From the NCBI GenBank assembly GCA_013203315.1, contig JABMQJ010000007.1:1-64000 (forward strand): a DNA stretch of 64,000 nucleotides, in the 5' to 3' direction. This DNA comes from Candidatus Omnitrophota bacterium (lineage in GTDB: Bacteria > Omnitrophota > Gorgyraeia > JABMRN01 > RBG-13-46-9). The translations under genes were made by a program, and so were the position numbers. Below, piece by piece: positions 30,315 through 39,454 of the stretch. Within the stretch, counting starts at the first letter, position 1; each line of letters begins with the position of its first letter. Below the pieces are notes generated by a model. That model was not told where the DNA came from and did no database searches. It worked only from the letters and a program-made list of their open reading frames with translations.

Positions 30315-31345
30315 CGTAACAATGTCCTTGCCATTACGCCGGGGTTAAAAAGAGAATTTATCAGGTAAACGCAGGAGTGGGTACAAAAGCAACTCTTGAT
30401 CTTTTGCCTGATCTGGTCAGCTTTTTTTGATGTCCACAATTTATTAAAATCGTATCCAAAATCCCTGAGATTGCCTATTTTTTCATTTATCAATTCACAT
30501 GCATAGACATCGCCGTACGGGTTTATCACAGCACTTAAACGGCCTGCAAAACAATCTATCTTCTTTTTGTTTCTTTCCAAAGTTTCCAAAATCAAATCAT
30601 GTTCATAAAGCTTGGTTTTTTGCAGTATTTTTCCTTTCCATCCGCCGCCATAGCCGTAGGAGCTTATGCACCCCTTTATTACCGGAAACAGTTCCCTGCA
30701 CCGGGCTATATCGGGTAAAGAAACAGATAGAGAGCGTGGCTGTCCCCTTAAAAACTCGAAGCTGTGCATATCCGCACGAAATGAACGCTTAACATAATCT
30801 ATAATCTTTGTGATTTCGGATTCATTTTCTTTCATTATTACTGTATTAAAACTGATCTTAAAATTTGGGTGCTTCTCCCTTAGCCTGCTAACTCTTTGGT
30901 ATGTTTCGGTTACTTTGTCAAAATTGCCGCCAACGCCCCGTATCGCATCATGCGTATCCCGGAGACCATCCAGAGAGAGTGATAGTAATAGGCTTGACCT
31001 ATTATTTTTCAATATTTCTTTAAGGGCCTTCTCAATCCCCTCGGGATCAAGGCAGTTAGTAGGAATTGCTGTGGTATTTACTTTTCCGAACGCATCACAG
31101 ATCCCGGGTAAATCTTTCCTTAAAAAAGGTTCTCCCCCGCCGATTTGTAGCCAGATAATATCATCGAGGTGCTTTCGAATTTTCCTTATTTCATCGACTG
31201 TCAATTCATTTTCTACGGCGCTTTCGTCAATTTCCTTCCATAAAAAACAGCTCCTACATTTAGAATTACACCTATAAGTACAATGAAACATGATATGAAT
31301 CGGAAGCCCATTTTTATTCCACATTTTCGCTAAATAATTTATCAT
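30311..31345 (-). CDS. Radical SAM protein with SPASM/twitch domain
   Basis: CNSKCRSC, GGGEPFLR, SLDG...HDAIRG, CFAG....INPYGDVYACE..IGNL...CFCTHSC. Confidence 0.9.
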   Translation of the reverse strand: MINYLAKMWNKNGLPIHIMFHCTYRCNSKCRSCFLWKEIDESAVENELTVDEIRKIRKHLDDIIWLQIGGGEPFLRKDLPGICDAFGKVNTTAIPTNCLDPEGIEKALKEILKNNRSSLLLSLSLDGLRDTHDAIRGVGGNFDKVTETYQRVSRLREKHPNFKISFNTVIMKENESEITKIIDYVKRSFRADMHSFEFLRGQPRSLSVSLPDIARCRELFPVIKGCISSYGYGGGWKGKILQKTKLYEHDLILETLERNKKKIDCFAGRLSAVINPYGDVYACELINEKIGNLRDFGYDFNKLWTSKKADQIRQKIKSCFCTHSCVYLINSLFNPGVMARTLLR

Positions 31346-32169
31346 CGCTTCCTCTTTATTAAAAAAGCTACAAACCTCGATACTACCCCGAGTGAGTAAC
31401 TTAAAAAATGTAGCGTGATAGGTAATAAGGCTAGACCTATTATTACGGCGAGCTTAAAGTGAAAAATAAGCATCGCGAAACTCACAGAAATCAGGATAAA
31501 AGATCCCCATATATCCGGTCTTTTAAAAACAAACGGGTAATCCAGAACCATCTGCATGTTTCCGTATCCCCACAAAAATACCTGCTTCATATGCGCGAAA
31601 GGAAAAGTGCGGCGCTTATGGTAAAGAAAGAAGTCCGGTGAATTGTAAAGGGAAAGCCCTTTAATCTTGCATTTCAAAAAGAATTCCATGTCCTCGGTGT
31701 ATTTATAATCTTCATTAAAATATCCTACTTTTTCAAAAACACCTTTACGCATCATTATGTTGCATGTAGCAAAATGTTTATAATCGCAAAAAGCGGCGCG
31801 CTTGGCCTTTTTGAACTTTTTTCTGAAACCGCTGAATATGCTGGTCGAGATCAAAAAATCACTTATTCTTTCACTGATTGAGGCCTGTGGAAAAATAAGA
31901 TTCGGCCCGCCCACAATATGCGCGCCGCTTCTCTCCAGGAGCTCTACGCCCATAGATACCCATTCTTTAGGCAGCACGACATCGTCATCGATGAAAGCAA
32001 TTATGTTTCCCTTCGCCCTTCTGACTCCTATATTCCTCGCTTCGGCTGCCTTATAGCCCTTTACAAGGATCACTTCATAATTGGGATACTCCTGTTTCTT
32101 TAATGACTCCTCGTAAAGAGGGTTATCCCTACCGACAGCTATTATTACGGAAACCTTCGGGTGATCCAT
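31342..32169 (-). CDS. GT2 glycosyltransferase with C-terminal TM helices
   Basis: ARNIGV, FIDDD, VGGP, EDMEF, HKRR, Q..WG. Confidence 0.8.
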   Translation of the reverse strand: MDHPKVSVIIAVGRDNPLYEESLKKQEYPNYEVILVKGYKAAEARNIGVRRAKGNIIAFIDDDVVLPKEWVSMGVELLERSGAHIVGGPNLIFPQASISERISDFLISTSIFSGFRKKFKKAKRAAFCDYKHFATCNIMMRKGVFEKVGYFNEDYKYTEDMEFFLKCKIKGLSLYNSPDFFLYHKRRTFPFAHMKQVFLWGYGNMQMVLDYPFVFKRPDIWGSFILISVSFAMLIFHFKLAVIIGLALLPITLHFLSYSLGVVSRFVAFLIKRKR

Positions 32170-32901
32170 TTATCTATCCCTTATTTCATCCTTCAAAAGA
32201 AGCTTTTCCAGCCATGCGTATAAAACCGTAAAAAGATATTTTCTACCCATTTCCTTGACGCTTAGTTTTGAGACACCGCTTTTTCTGCCGTACCAGTTTA
32301 TGGGTATTTGAACAAACTTAAATTTTCGCGCAATCGCCTTTAAAGGGAGCTCTACAGTAATATTGAAATATAGCGCCTGAATAGGCTGGATTTTTCTTAT
32401 AACCTTTGTCCTGTAAAATTTAAAGGCATTTGTGATGTCGTTGGCTCTGGTAAGAAATAAAACCTGTATAAAGGTATTGGCTAATCTATTTATGAACAAT
32501 TTGAGCGGTGGGTAGTCTTTTACAACGCTGCCTTTCATGAATCTTGAACCAAATACACAGTCGTATCCTTCTTCTATTTTTCGGAAACACTTCACAATGT
32601 CCCTGGGGTCATCGGAGAGGTCACCCATAACAATTCCCACAACATCACCTGTTACCTGGTTTAAACCGTCTTTTATTGCCCGTCCGAATCCGGAAGGTTT
32701 CTGACGATTAATCAGTTTAATTACCGAGTGCGTTTTCATGAGATCCGCGACGATCCCAATAGTATTGTCAGTGCTATTATCATTTACAACGATAATCTCG
32801 TATTCAATACCTTCTTTATTAAGGACAGTTATAATATCACAAATTGTCTGACCTATACAGTCTTCTTCGTTGTGTGCCGGGGTAACTATCGATAACTTCA
32901 T
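32170..32901 (-). CDS. GT2, DPM1-like polyprenyl-phosphate glycosyltransferase
   Basis: PAHNEE, VNDNSTD, GFGRAI, MGDLSDDP, FGSRF, DITNAFKFYR, RKSGVSK. Confidence 0.85.
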   Translation of the reverse strand: MKLSIVTPAHNEEDCIGQTICDIITVLNKEGIEYEIIVVNDNSTDNTIGIVADLMKTHSVIKLINRQKPSGFGRAIKDGLNQVTGDVVGIVMGDLSDDPRDIVKCFRKIEEGYDCVFGSRFMKGSVVKDYPPLKLFINRLANTFIQVLFLTRANDITNAFKFYRTKVIRKIQPIQALYFNITVELPLKAIARKFKFVQIPINWYGRKSGVSKLSVKEMGRKYLFTVLYAWLEKLLLKDEIRDR

Positions 32902-32903
32902 AC

Positions 32904-33884
32904 TTACTCCTTTGCGGATGAAATAGCTTCTTCTTCACCAAACAAACTAAATAGCCCTAGCGGAATTATAAACACATAAAAAGGTATGAGAATCCTTACC
33001 TCGCTTATGGCGCCTCCTCTTGAAAAACCGTAAAGCAAAAAAAGCGTCATGGGTATTAATGCCCTTTTCAGTATGCTGGGTTTCTTGCGAAAATTCATAA
33101 ACGCCAAAAACCAATAAAAACCACATAAATATAATATAAAATAAAAATGATTATATGGGTTCGGCGATTCAAATATTTTTAATAACCCTGCCACATTAAC
33201 CCGGAAATGGTGAAAATAGCCCGGTAAATCCCTGATACCGAAAATTGAAATGAGTATTGCCGAAGGAATAAGCCATAGCAAAAAGTAAATTGCCGTCCTT
33301 CTTATTAGGACAAACCAATTTTCTTTTCCGATCTCGTTGAAGAAATAAATAAGAACAAGTGCTATCGAGGTTTCCCTGTTAAGTGAGGCCAACGGTATCA
33401 GAATAAACAAGTTCTTATGTTTCCCATCCCGAATCCACATTACTCCTAGGATAAACATTATGAGCTCCGGCATATCCGTAGGTACCGAATACCAGTTAGT
33501 AAGGGTTAAAGGCAAAGAGGCTATTAGTGACAGCGTCCCTATCATTGCCGTTTTCTGGCCAAACCATTTTCGTAGATACATATGAAAAAGCGCAAAAGCC
33601 AGAAAGTAAAAAAGGAATCTGAACAATGCATATGAGTATTCTAATGAGATATGCGAAACCTTATGAAAGAAATAGACCGTATAAGGAACTAATATGCGAT
33701 GATTCATGGGAGGATTAAAGTCACCCTTCACAACACTCTCTAAGGCTTGGGTAGATCTCTCAAAAGTAAGCACCCTCCGATCAAAATCGATATATCCCAT
33801 TACAAAGGTGAGAAAGAAATATATCAATAAAATCTTTACTAAATCCCTGTTATTTTCTAGGTATCTACGCATTTTGTTTAACAC
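32904..33884 (-). CDS. Uncharacterised polytopic membrane protein (small GT-C-like), tandem paralog 1
   Basis: About 9 TM; DFDRR, RILVP, TDMP, LNRET motifs; colinear with 33865-34842. Confidence 0.6.
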   Translation of the reverse strand: MLNKMRRYLENNRDLVKILLIYFFLTFVMGYIDFDRRVLTFERSTQALESVVKGDFNPPMNHRILVPYTVYFFHKVSHISLEYSYALFRFLFYFLAFALFHMYLRKWFGQKTAMIGTLSLIASLPLTLTNWYSVPTDMPELIMFILGVMWIRDGKHKNLFILIPLASLNRETSIALVLIYFFNEIGKENWFVLIRRTAIYFLLWLIPSAILISIFGIRDLPGYFHHFRVNVAGLLKIFESPNPYNHFYFILYLCGFYWFLAFMNFRKKPSILKRALIPMTLFLLYGFSRGGAISEVRILIPFYVFIIPLGLFSLFGEEEAISSAKE

Positions 33885-34842
33885 GCTTTTTTCCTTCAGT
33901 GAAGAGACTCGATAATCCCAATGGTATCACAAAAACATAAAACGGCATAAATATTCTCGTCTCATTTATAGCGCTGACTCTTATAAAAACATAAAGGAAG
34001 TAAAGTATCATAACAATAACGGACCTCTTTAGTAGCGGGTCTTTCTTATGAAAATCCATGAACGCCAGTATCCAGTAGAAACCACATAAATAAAGCAGAA
34101 AATAATAGTGGTTGTACGGATTGGGATTCTTAAATACGTGCAGAAGCCCTGCTACGTTATGTTCCAAGGTGACAAAATTCGAAAACTTCTCAAAACCAAC
34201 CATGGCAATCATGATGCCAAATGGTATTGCCCACAAAAGACCATATATAATAGTCCTCCTGATTAAAATAAGTGGTTTTTCCCTGCCTATACCGTATAGA
34301 AAATAAAGCAGAACAAGCGCAAGCGTTGCTTCCTTGTTAAATGTCGCAATCGGTATTAATATATAAAGAAGTTTATATTGATTTTTTTTGATCCACATCA
34401 TCCCAAGGATGAAGGCTATAAAGTTTGGCATATCGCTCGAGATACAATACCAGTTAGTGAGAAATAACGGCAAAGAGGCAATCACCGATAACGTACCGAT
34501 CATGGCACGCTTATCGTCAAACCACATTTTGAGATATATGTGAAAAAGGATAAAGGCCAGCAAAAAGAAAATGAACCTAAAAAACGCATAACTGTATGTG
34601 AGCGGTATGTGCGTTACCTTGTGAAAAAGATCTACCGTATAGGGAATCAAAATACGCCGCCCAAGAGGAGCACCAACTTCTCCGGTAATTATGTTCTTTA
34701 ACTTCTCGGTAGATTGTTCAAACGTAAACACCCGCCGGTCAAAATCTATGTACCCTATTACAAAAGTAAGGAAAAAATATACCATGAAAATCTTGAGCGT
34801 GGTTTTATTATTGTGGGAATATTCGCGTATACGGTTTAACAT
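33865..34842 (-). CDS. Uncharacterised polytopic membrane protein (small GT-C-like), tandem paralog 2
   Basis: Same motifs as paralog 1 (DFDRR, RILIP, SDMP, FNKEA, NPYNHYYFLLYLCGFYW). Confidence 0.6.
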   Translation of the reverse strand: MLNRIREYSHNNKTTLKIFMVYFFLTFVIGYIDFDRRVFTFEQSTEKLKNIITGEVGAPLGRRILIPYTVDLFHKVTHIPLTYSYAFFRFIFFLLAFILFHIYLKMWFDDKRAMIGTLSVIASLPLFLTNWYCISSDMPNFIAFILGMMWIKKNQYKLLYILIPIATFNKEATLALVLLYFLYGIGREKPLILIRRTIIYGLLWAIPFGIMIAMVGFEKFSNFVTLEHNVAGLLHVFKNPNPYNHYYFLLYLCGFYWILAFMDFHKKDPLLKRSVIVMILYFLYVFIRVSAINETRIFMPFYVFVIPLGLSSLFTEGKKRVKQNA

Positions 34843-36125
34843 GACATCACTTCTTTTGCTTCGTTACCAAGCTTAATACGCCAAACCCATGCCGCTGCGG
34901 CCAAAAATGATAAGAATAGCGCCCGCGCCAGAACTTTATACACTATCTCGATATTTACGAAACGGCCCACGATCTCCTGGATAGTGGGTAAGCTTGAAAA
35001 ATATACCGGATTAAGCGGGGCGAACAAGCCCAATTGCAGGTCTCTCTGATACAACCACTGGAATCCTAGCATTGCTATTATCGCAAACACCAATATACCA
35101 AACTTCTTATAGTACGGGATGATCAAGGCTAAAAGTGGTGTTATAAAAATGAAATATCTGAATCGTATCGGTAATGCCGCATAACTTATAAACATCACGG
35201 TTATGAAATAGTATAAAAGTTTTCCGGCCGGGTTTGTTTGGCGGGAGTCTTTTACGGCGTTTATGCAAAGCAAAGAAAACAAAACCATAAATATACCTCT
35301 TAGTACCCATTTTGTGATGCCGGAGTATTGTACGTGTGACAACATAAAAATACCAAAAACCGCATCTCCGGAAGATAGATAAAACGGCACATATGGTAAG
35401 ATTGCAGCTACAGTCGCTACCAACAGAAGTAAAAATCTTTTTCGCCAATTATCGCCTAAAAGTAGACACGCGGGCAATATCAAAATATACGGGAATAATA
35501 CCGTACCCCCGCCCAAGCCTAAAAGAATAACGCAAAAAAACGGCTTTTTCTTCCAGGCCGCATATAAGGCAGCTGCTATAAAAAACGTAGGGATTAAATA
35601 CGCGCCGCCTACCATATATACGCTATGTAAAACTACGATGTTAAGCATCCAGAGTTTATAGGTATCTATTGCAAATTTTTGTGACGTTGCTAATTTGAGC
35701 AAAATTCCGCCTATCAAAAAATCGAAAATAAGATATGGGATCTTCATTATAAATAAATTCTTAACTAGTCCGAGATTTGCAAAGGCGTGTACATAATCAA
35801 CTGTAGTAAAATGCTTCCCCATCATTGTACCCGAAAGCTCTAACATCGCGATAAGCGAAGCGGGATTAGACAATTTTATAATTATAAAGTCTGTGATAGA
35901 CATGATGAAAAATAAAACGGGACCGTAGTATGTAAAATTAAAATGTGAAAAATTGGTAGCGATCAAAGCATATGGATCCCAAATACCCTCTGTTATGAAC
36001 TTCATCGGGAAATAATTTAAAAAGAGTAGATCCTGGCCATGCATGGTAAACGGTACTAAGGTTAGCCTGAGCGACAAACCGATGCATGTCCATAAAGCGA
36101 TCTGTATGTAGTATTTTTTTACCAT
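34836..36125 (-). CDS. Polytopic membrane protein, GT-C-like
   Basis: H.QD after first helix, FTYYGP loop, KIPYLIFD, about 11 TM. Confidence 0.55.
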   Translation of the reverse strand: MVKKYYIQIALWTCIGLSLRLTLVPFTMHGQDLLFLNYFPMKFITEGIWDPYALIATNFSHFNFTYYGPVLFFIMSITDFIIIKLSNPASLIAMLELSGTMMGKHFTTVDYVHAFANLGLVKNLFIMKIPYLIFDFLIGGILLKLATSQKFAIDTYKLWMLNIVVLHSVYMVGGAYLIPTFFIAAALYAAWKKKPFFCVILLGLGGGTVLFPYILILPACLLLGDNWRKRFLLLLVATVAAILPYVPFYLSSGDAVFGIFMLSHVQYSGITKWVLRGIFMVLFSLLCINAVKDSRQTNPAGKLLYYFITVMFISYAALPIRFRYFIFITPLLALIIPYYKKFGILVFAIIAMLGFQWLYQRDLQLGLFAPLNPVYFSSLPTIQEIVGRFVNIEIVYKVLARALFLSFLAAAAWVWRIKLGNEAKEVMSC

Positions 36126-36135
36126 TTTGTTTCAG

Positions 36136-37980
36136 TTAAAAGTCTTTAATCAATTTTCTTACGCGCTCCCGGCATTTGCCGTCAAGCTTGTAGACAAAAT
36201 CGTTAACAAAATCCTTCCTTGCTAATTCCATGCTTTTCTTTACTTCCTTGTCATGCAGGGCCTTTTCAATGGCATTTTTTATGTCGTCGCCCTTGTAAAC
36301 GCCAAGGGCTACCCCGTTTTCCGTAAAAGGCAGCAAGCTCGGTCTTTTGCCTAAATTAATCGCAACAACCGGTTTTTGCATAATCACTGCCTCGAGCCCC
36401 ACTGTCGAATCAGGCGTCATTACTACGTCTGATGCCGCTATTAGCTTATGTAAATTTGTTTTGTGGACAAAGATTACGTAGTTCTTATCTTCTTTCTTAA
36501 ATAACTCCATAAAAGCGCGGATATTCTGGTTTGGATGAAGCTTAACAACCAAATTCATCTCACCGATTGATTTGACTGCTTTAATAGCGTGTTTTATCAG
36601 ATTATAAGATACATCATCGGTTTCAAAAGAGGAAAACCTATGCACTTCCGTACAAGGTGTTATAAGCGTCGAAAGATATTTCTTTCTGCTAAGTTTAAGC
36701 GCGTTCTGAATGTACTTATTTTTGTCGAGACGCATGGGTTTGGTTAGTGCGTCAAAGCTCGGGTTTCCTATTGCTTCGGTTTTAGAGGGGCCGTTGTCAA
36801 ATTTTTCGTACCAAGATACGGCACGATTTCCCCATACCGCAATCTTATCTGCGAGAATAACATTGTGTCCATTGGGTTCGGCAAGTATGCCGTGTTGAAT
36901 AACCAGCGTCGGAATGTCGTTTTTCTTTGATACCGATACAAGGGTTTTTTCAAGTTCTCTTATGTCATTCCTAAGTATAGTAGCCTTTATATTATAGGCG
37001 TTCTCGACCATAAGAAAAGTGTCGATATTTCTTCTGAATCTTACAAAGTCATGGAATATTAAAGTTATTATTTTATCCTCTACCAACGCCCAGTAATTTA
37101 CGCCGTCCAAAAAAAACAGTTTTGCCAGAGACTGAGTGTCAAAATCTTTAAACTCCACCGGTGGAACCGCTAATCTTTTTCGTTCTGATTCACCCATGCG
37201 AAATGAAATATAGCCACGGTTTTTAAAAAGACACTTCAGCCTTAACCTCATCCCTTCTTCTATCGGGGCTAAAATGAACCCTTTCTTTTCCTTTATGCCA
37301 AGTTCGCCATACAACCTCGCATCAATAAGTTTTATCGGGCCTTTTTTTCTGATAAAATATCCCGCAAGTTTATCAAGGACATTTGAAATGGATTCGGATA
37401 TTTGCATTTTTACAAAGTTTCTGACTGAACTTTGTTTTTGAATTTTGACAAGATCGGCCCGGATGTGATAATGTGCGCTTAGGAAGCTATCAAAACCGTT
37501 AAGCTCGCCGGTTGAGTCCATGATAAAAAATGCCTTATAATTTTCTTTCTTCATCGCCCTTTCGAACACCAGAGAGGCCTTTACCTTTAAAAGCAAAAAC
37601 AGTTGAAGATCATAATCTGCAAATCTCGCCAATTCGACACCGCGATACGTGAATAATTCTCGGTATTCGCCAGAGACGGCCTTATCCCAGTTTTGCGAAA
37701 CTTCATTGAAAACGTGATGGTCTATTCCGGTGTAATCTTCATCGGCTAGATAGTCTTCTGAAACCTTAACATAATCCGAAAAACCGGCAAATTCTTCGGG
37801 GATACGTGCTTTGAAACATAAAATTTCCGTATTATTTCCGAAGTGATCCAAATTATCTTCTATTGCCGCGGCAAATTCGCCTATCTTGTCGAAGCCATTT
37901 ATGACCAGGACCTTTTTTTGCGAAGAATTTTGCGCCAAAAATTTCTTTAGCTTACTTTTTAAAAATATTAAATCCTGCAT
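36136..37980 (-). CDS. GT-B fold surface-carbohydrate protein, candidate CMP-nonulosonate transferase
   Basis: IQHG, AVWG, IGNPSFD, VKLHP, STVGLEA, DGKCRERV; next to wzx and the pse genes. Confidence 0.55.
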   Translation of the reverse strand: MQDLIFLKSKLKKFLAQNSSQKKVLVINGFDKIGEFAAAIEDNLDHFGNNTEILCFKARIPEEFAGFSDYVKVSEDYLADEDYTGIDHHVFNEVSQNWDKAVSGEYRELFTYRGVELARFADYDLQLFLLLKVKASLVFERAMKKENYKAFFIMDSTGELNGFDSFLSAHYHIRADLVKIQKQSSVRNFVKMQISESISNVLDKLAGYFIRKKGPIKLIDARLYGELGIKEKKGFILAPIEEGMRLRLKCLFKNRGYISFRMGESERKRLAVPPVEFKDFDTQSLAKLFFLDGVNYWALVEDKIITLIFHDFVRFRRNIDTFLMVENAYNIKATILRNDIRELEKTLVSVSKKNDIPTLVIQHGILAEPNGHNVILADKIAVWGNRAVSWYEKFDNGPSKTEAIGNPSFDALTKPMRLDKNKYIQNALKLSRKKYLSTLITPCTEVHRFSSFETDDVSYNLIKHAIKAVKSIGEMNLVVKLHPNQNIRAFMELFKKEDKNYVIFVHKTNLHKLIAASDVVMTPDSTVGLEAVIMQKPVVAINLGKRPSLLPFTENGVALGVYKGDDIKNAIEKALHDKEVKKSMELARKDFVNDFVYKLDGKCRERVRKLIKDF

Positions 37981-39454
37981 TTTTTACCCGATTGTATAAA
38001 TCCATTTTTTTATTTACATGCATCAAAAGCGGAAATGTCAGCGCTAAAAAAATGAGCATTTGCCATATCGCCCTTCCGATATCCGACGGCAAATCTTTGA
38101 AGCCACCGTAAAACATGCGGCCTACGACATAGAAAGCAAAAATGCTCCATATGATCGGCGCATTGAGGTTTATGAAAAAAGTTATTCTCTTATAGAGATT
38201 AGGTATGTGATATTTTACGGCGTATCCTATTGTAAAACTGCTGTATAAGAAATAGGTGACTGCTGTGCCAAGGGCTATTCCCCTGATCCCTAGATTAAAT
38301 ACCTTCACAAACAAGAGATTTAGCCCTGCGCTGATAGCAATACATAATACGCCAATTATCAGGATCAGGTGTTGTTTCTTCAGGGCAATTAAGAGATACC
38401 TTGACATGTACCCTATCGATATAAAAAAGGTGCCAAAGAGCAGTATCGACGCAGCCGTGATCCCATTTGTATATTTCGGCAGCACATAATTTACGAAAAC
38501 AGGCATTGTTATTGCCGCTAATCCTATTATAACGGGGAATAAATACGCGAACGCGAGCGTTGGTTTTTCGACATAGTTCTTTATTTTGCTGACATCGTCT
38601 TTTGAGTCGCCAAAGGCTTCGTAAAAACGCGGAAACAAAACAACGTAAATCAAATTAGGTAGCTGAAAAAGGAAAGAGTGCACCATAATGGCAATGCTGT
38701 AATACCCCAGGTCGTTCTTCGTGAGAAGAGATAATATCATGATCCGATCTATGTTCCTTAGGGCCATAAAAGTAAAGCCTCCCAAGAATATAGGAAAGCC
38801 TATGGCTAAAAGCATTTTAAGGGTCTTGGCGGATATTTTAAACGTTATCCTGAACCGCACCTTAGTCTTTTTGAATAGATACAGAAGCCCCACCGTAAGG
38901 CTTAAGATCGTCGCCCAGAGGACTCCTATTACTCCGAATTTTATACCCAATAAGGCCTTAAAAAGAACATCACATAGGGCCAGGATAATAATGTATTTGC
39001 TCAGAACCCCGAACAAGTGGTGGGTCCGAGCCAGGGTAACGTAAAAAGTATTCATGGACTGTATAACCACCAGTGCGGCAATTACCTTTATCCCGATAGA
39101 CATCACCGGCGTTAGCGTGTTCCTGAAAACGTAGGATATAACCAGTATAATTAAAGCTGAAGCGAGCGCGGTAAAAAGACCAAAGCTTATGCCCACATTT
39201 TTTGCTTCTTCCACCTTTTTGGTTTCTTTTTTTCCGTTATAATACGGTATTTGCCTATCCAGGGAATCGTATATACCCACGTGGCTATATTTGGCGTACT
39301 CAAAGATCAGCAATAATTCCAGATACACGCCCATAAAAAAAGAATCCAGCACCTTGCGGACAATGGTTGCGCTTATAAATGAGCAAAAACTCGATATATA
39401 ACCGCTTATGCTAAATCTGGTTGCGTCTTTTAATATCTCTTTGGATTTACTCAA
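37952..39454 (-). CDS. wzx: MOP-family oligosaccharide flippase
   Basis: 12-14 TM, IDRIMI...LGYYSIA, VLFPRF, LGIRGIALGT. Confidence 0.85.
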   Translation of the reverse strand: MSKSKEILKDATRFSISGYISSFCSFISATIVRKVLDSFFMGVYLELLLIFEYAKYSHVGIYDSLDRQIPYYNGKKETKKVEEAKNVGISFGLFTALASALIILVISYVFRNTLTPVMSIGIKVIAALVVIQSMNTFYVTLARTHHLFGVLSKYIIILALCDVLFKALLGIKFGVIGVLWATILSLTVGLLYLFKKTKVRFRITFKISAKTLKMLLAIGFPIFLGGFTFMALRNIDRIMILSLLTKNDLGYYSIAIMVHSFLFQLPNLIYVVLFPRFYEAFGDSKDDVSKIKNYVEKPTLAFAYLFPVIIGLAAITMPVFVNYVLPKYTNGITAASILLFGTFFISIGYMSRYLLIALKKQHLILIIGVLCIAISAGLNLLFVKVFNLGIRGIALGTAVTYFLYSSFTIGYAVKYHIPNLYKRITFFINLNAPIIWSIFAFYVVGRMFYGGFKDLPSDIGRAIWQMLIFLALTFPLLMHVNKKMDLYNRVKNAGFNIFKK

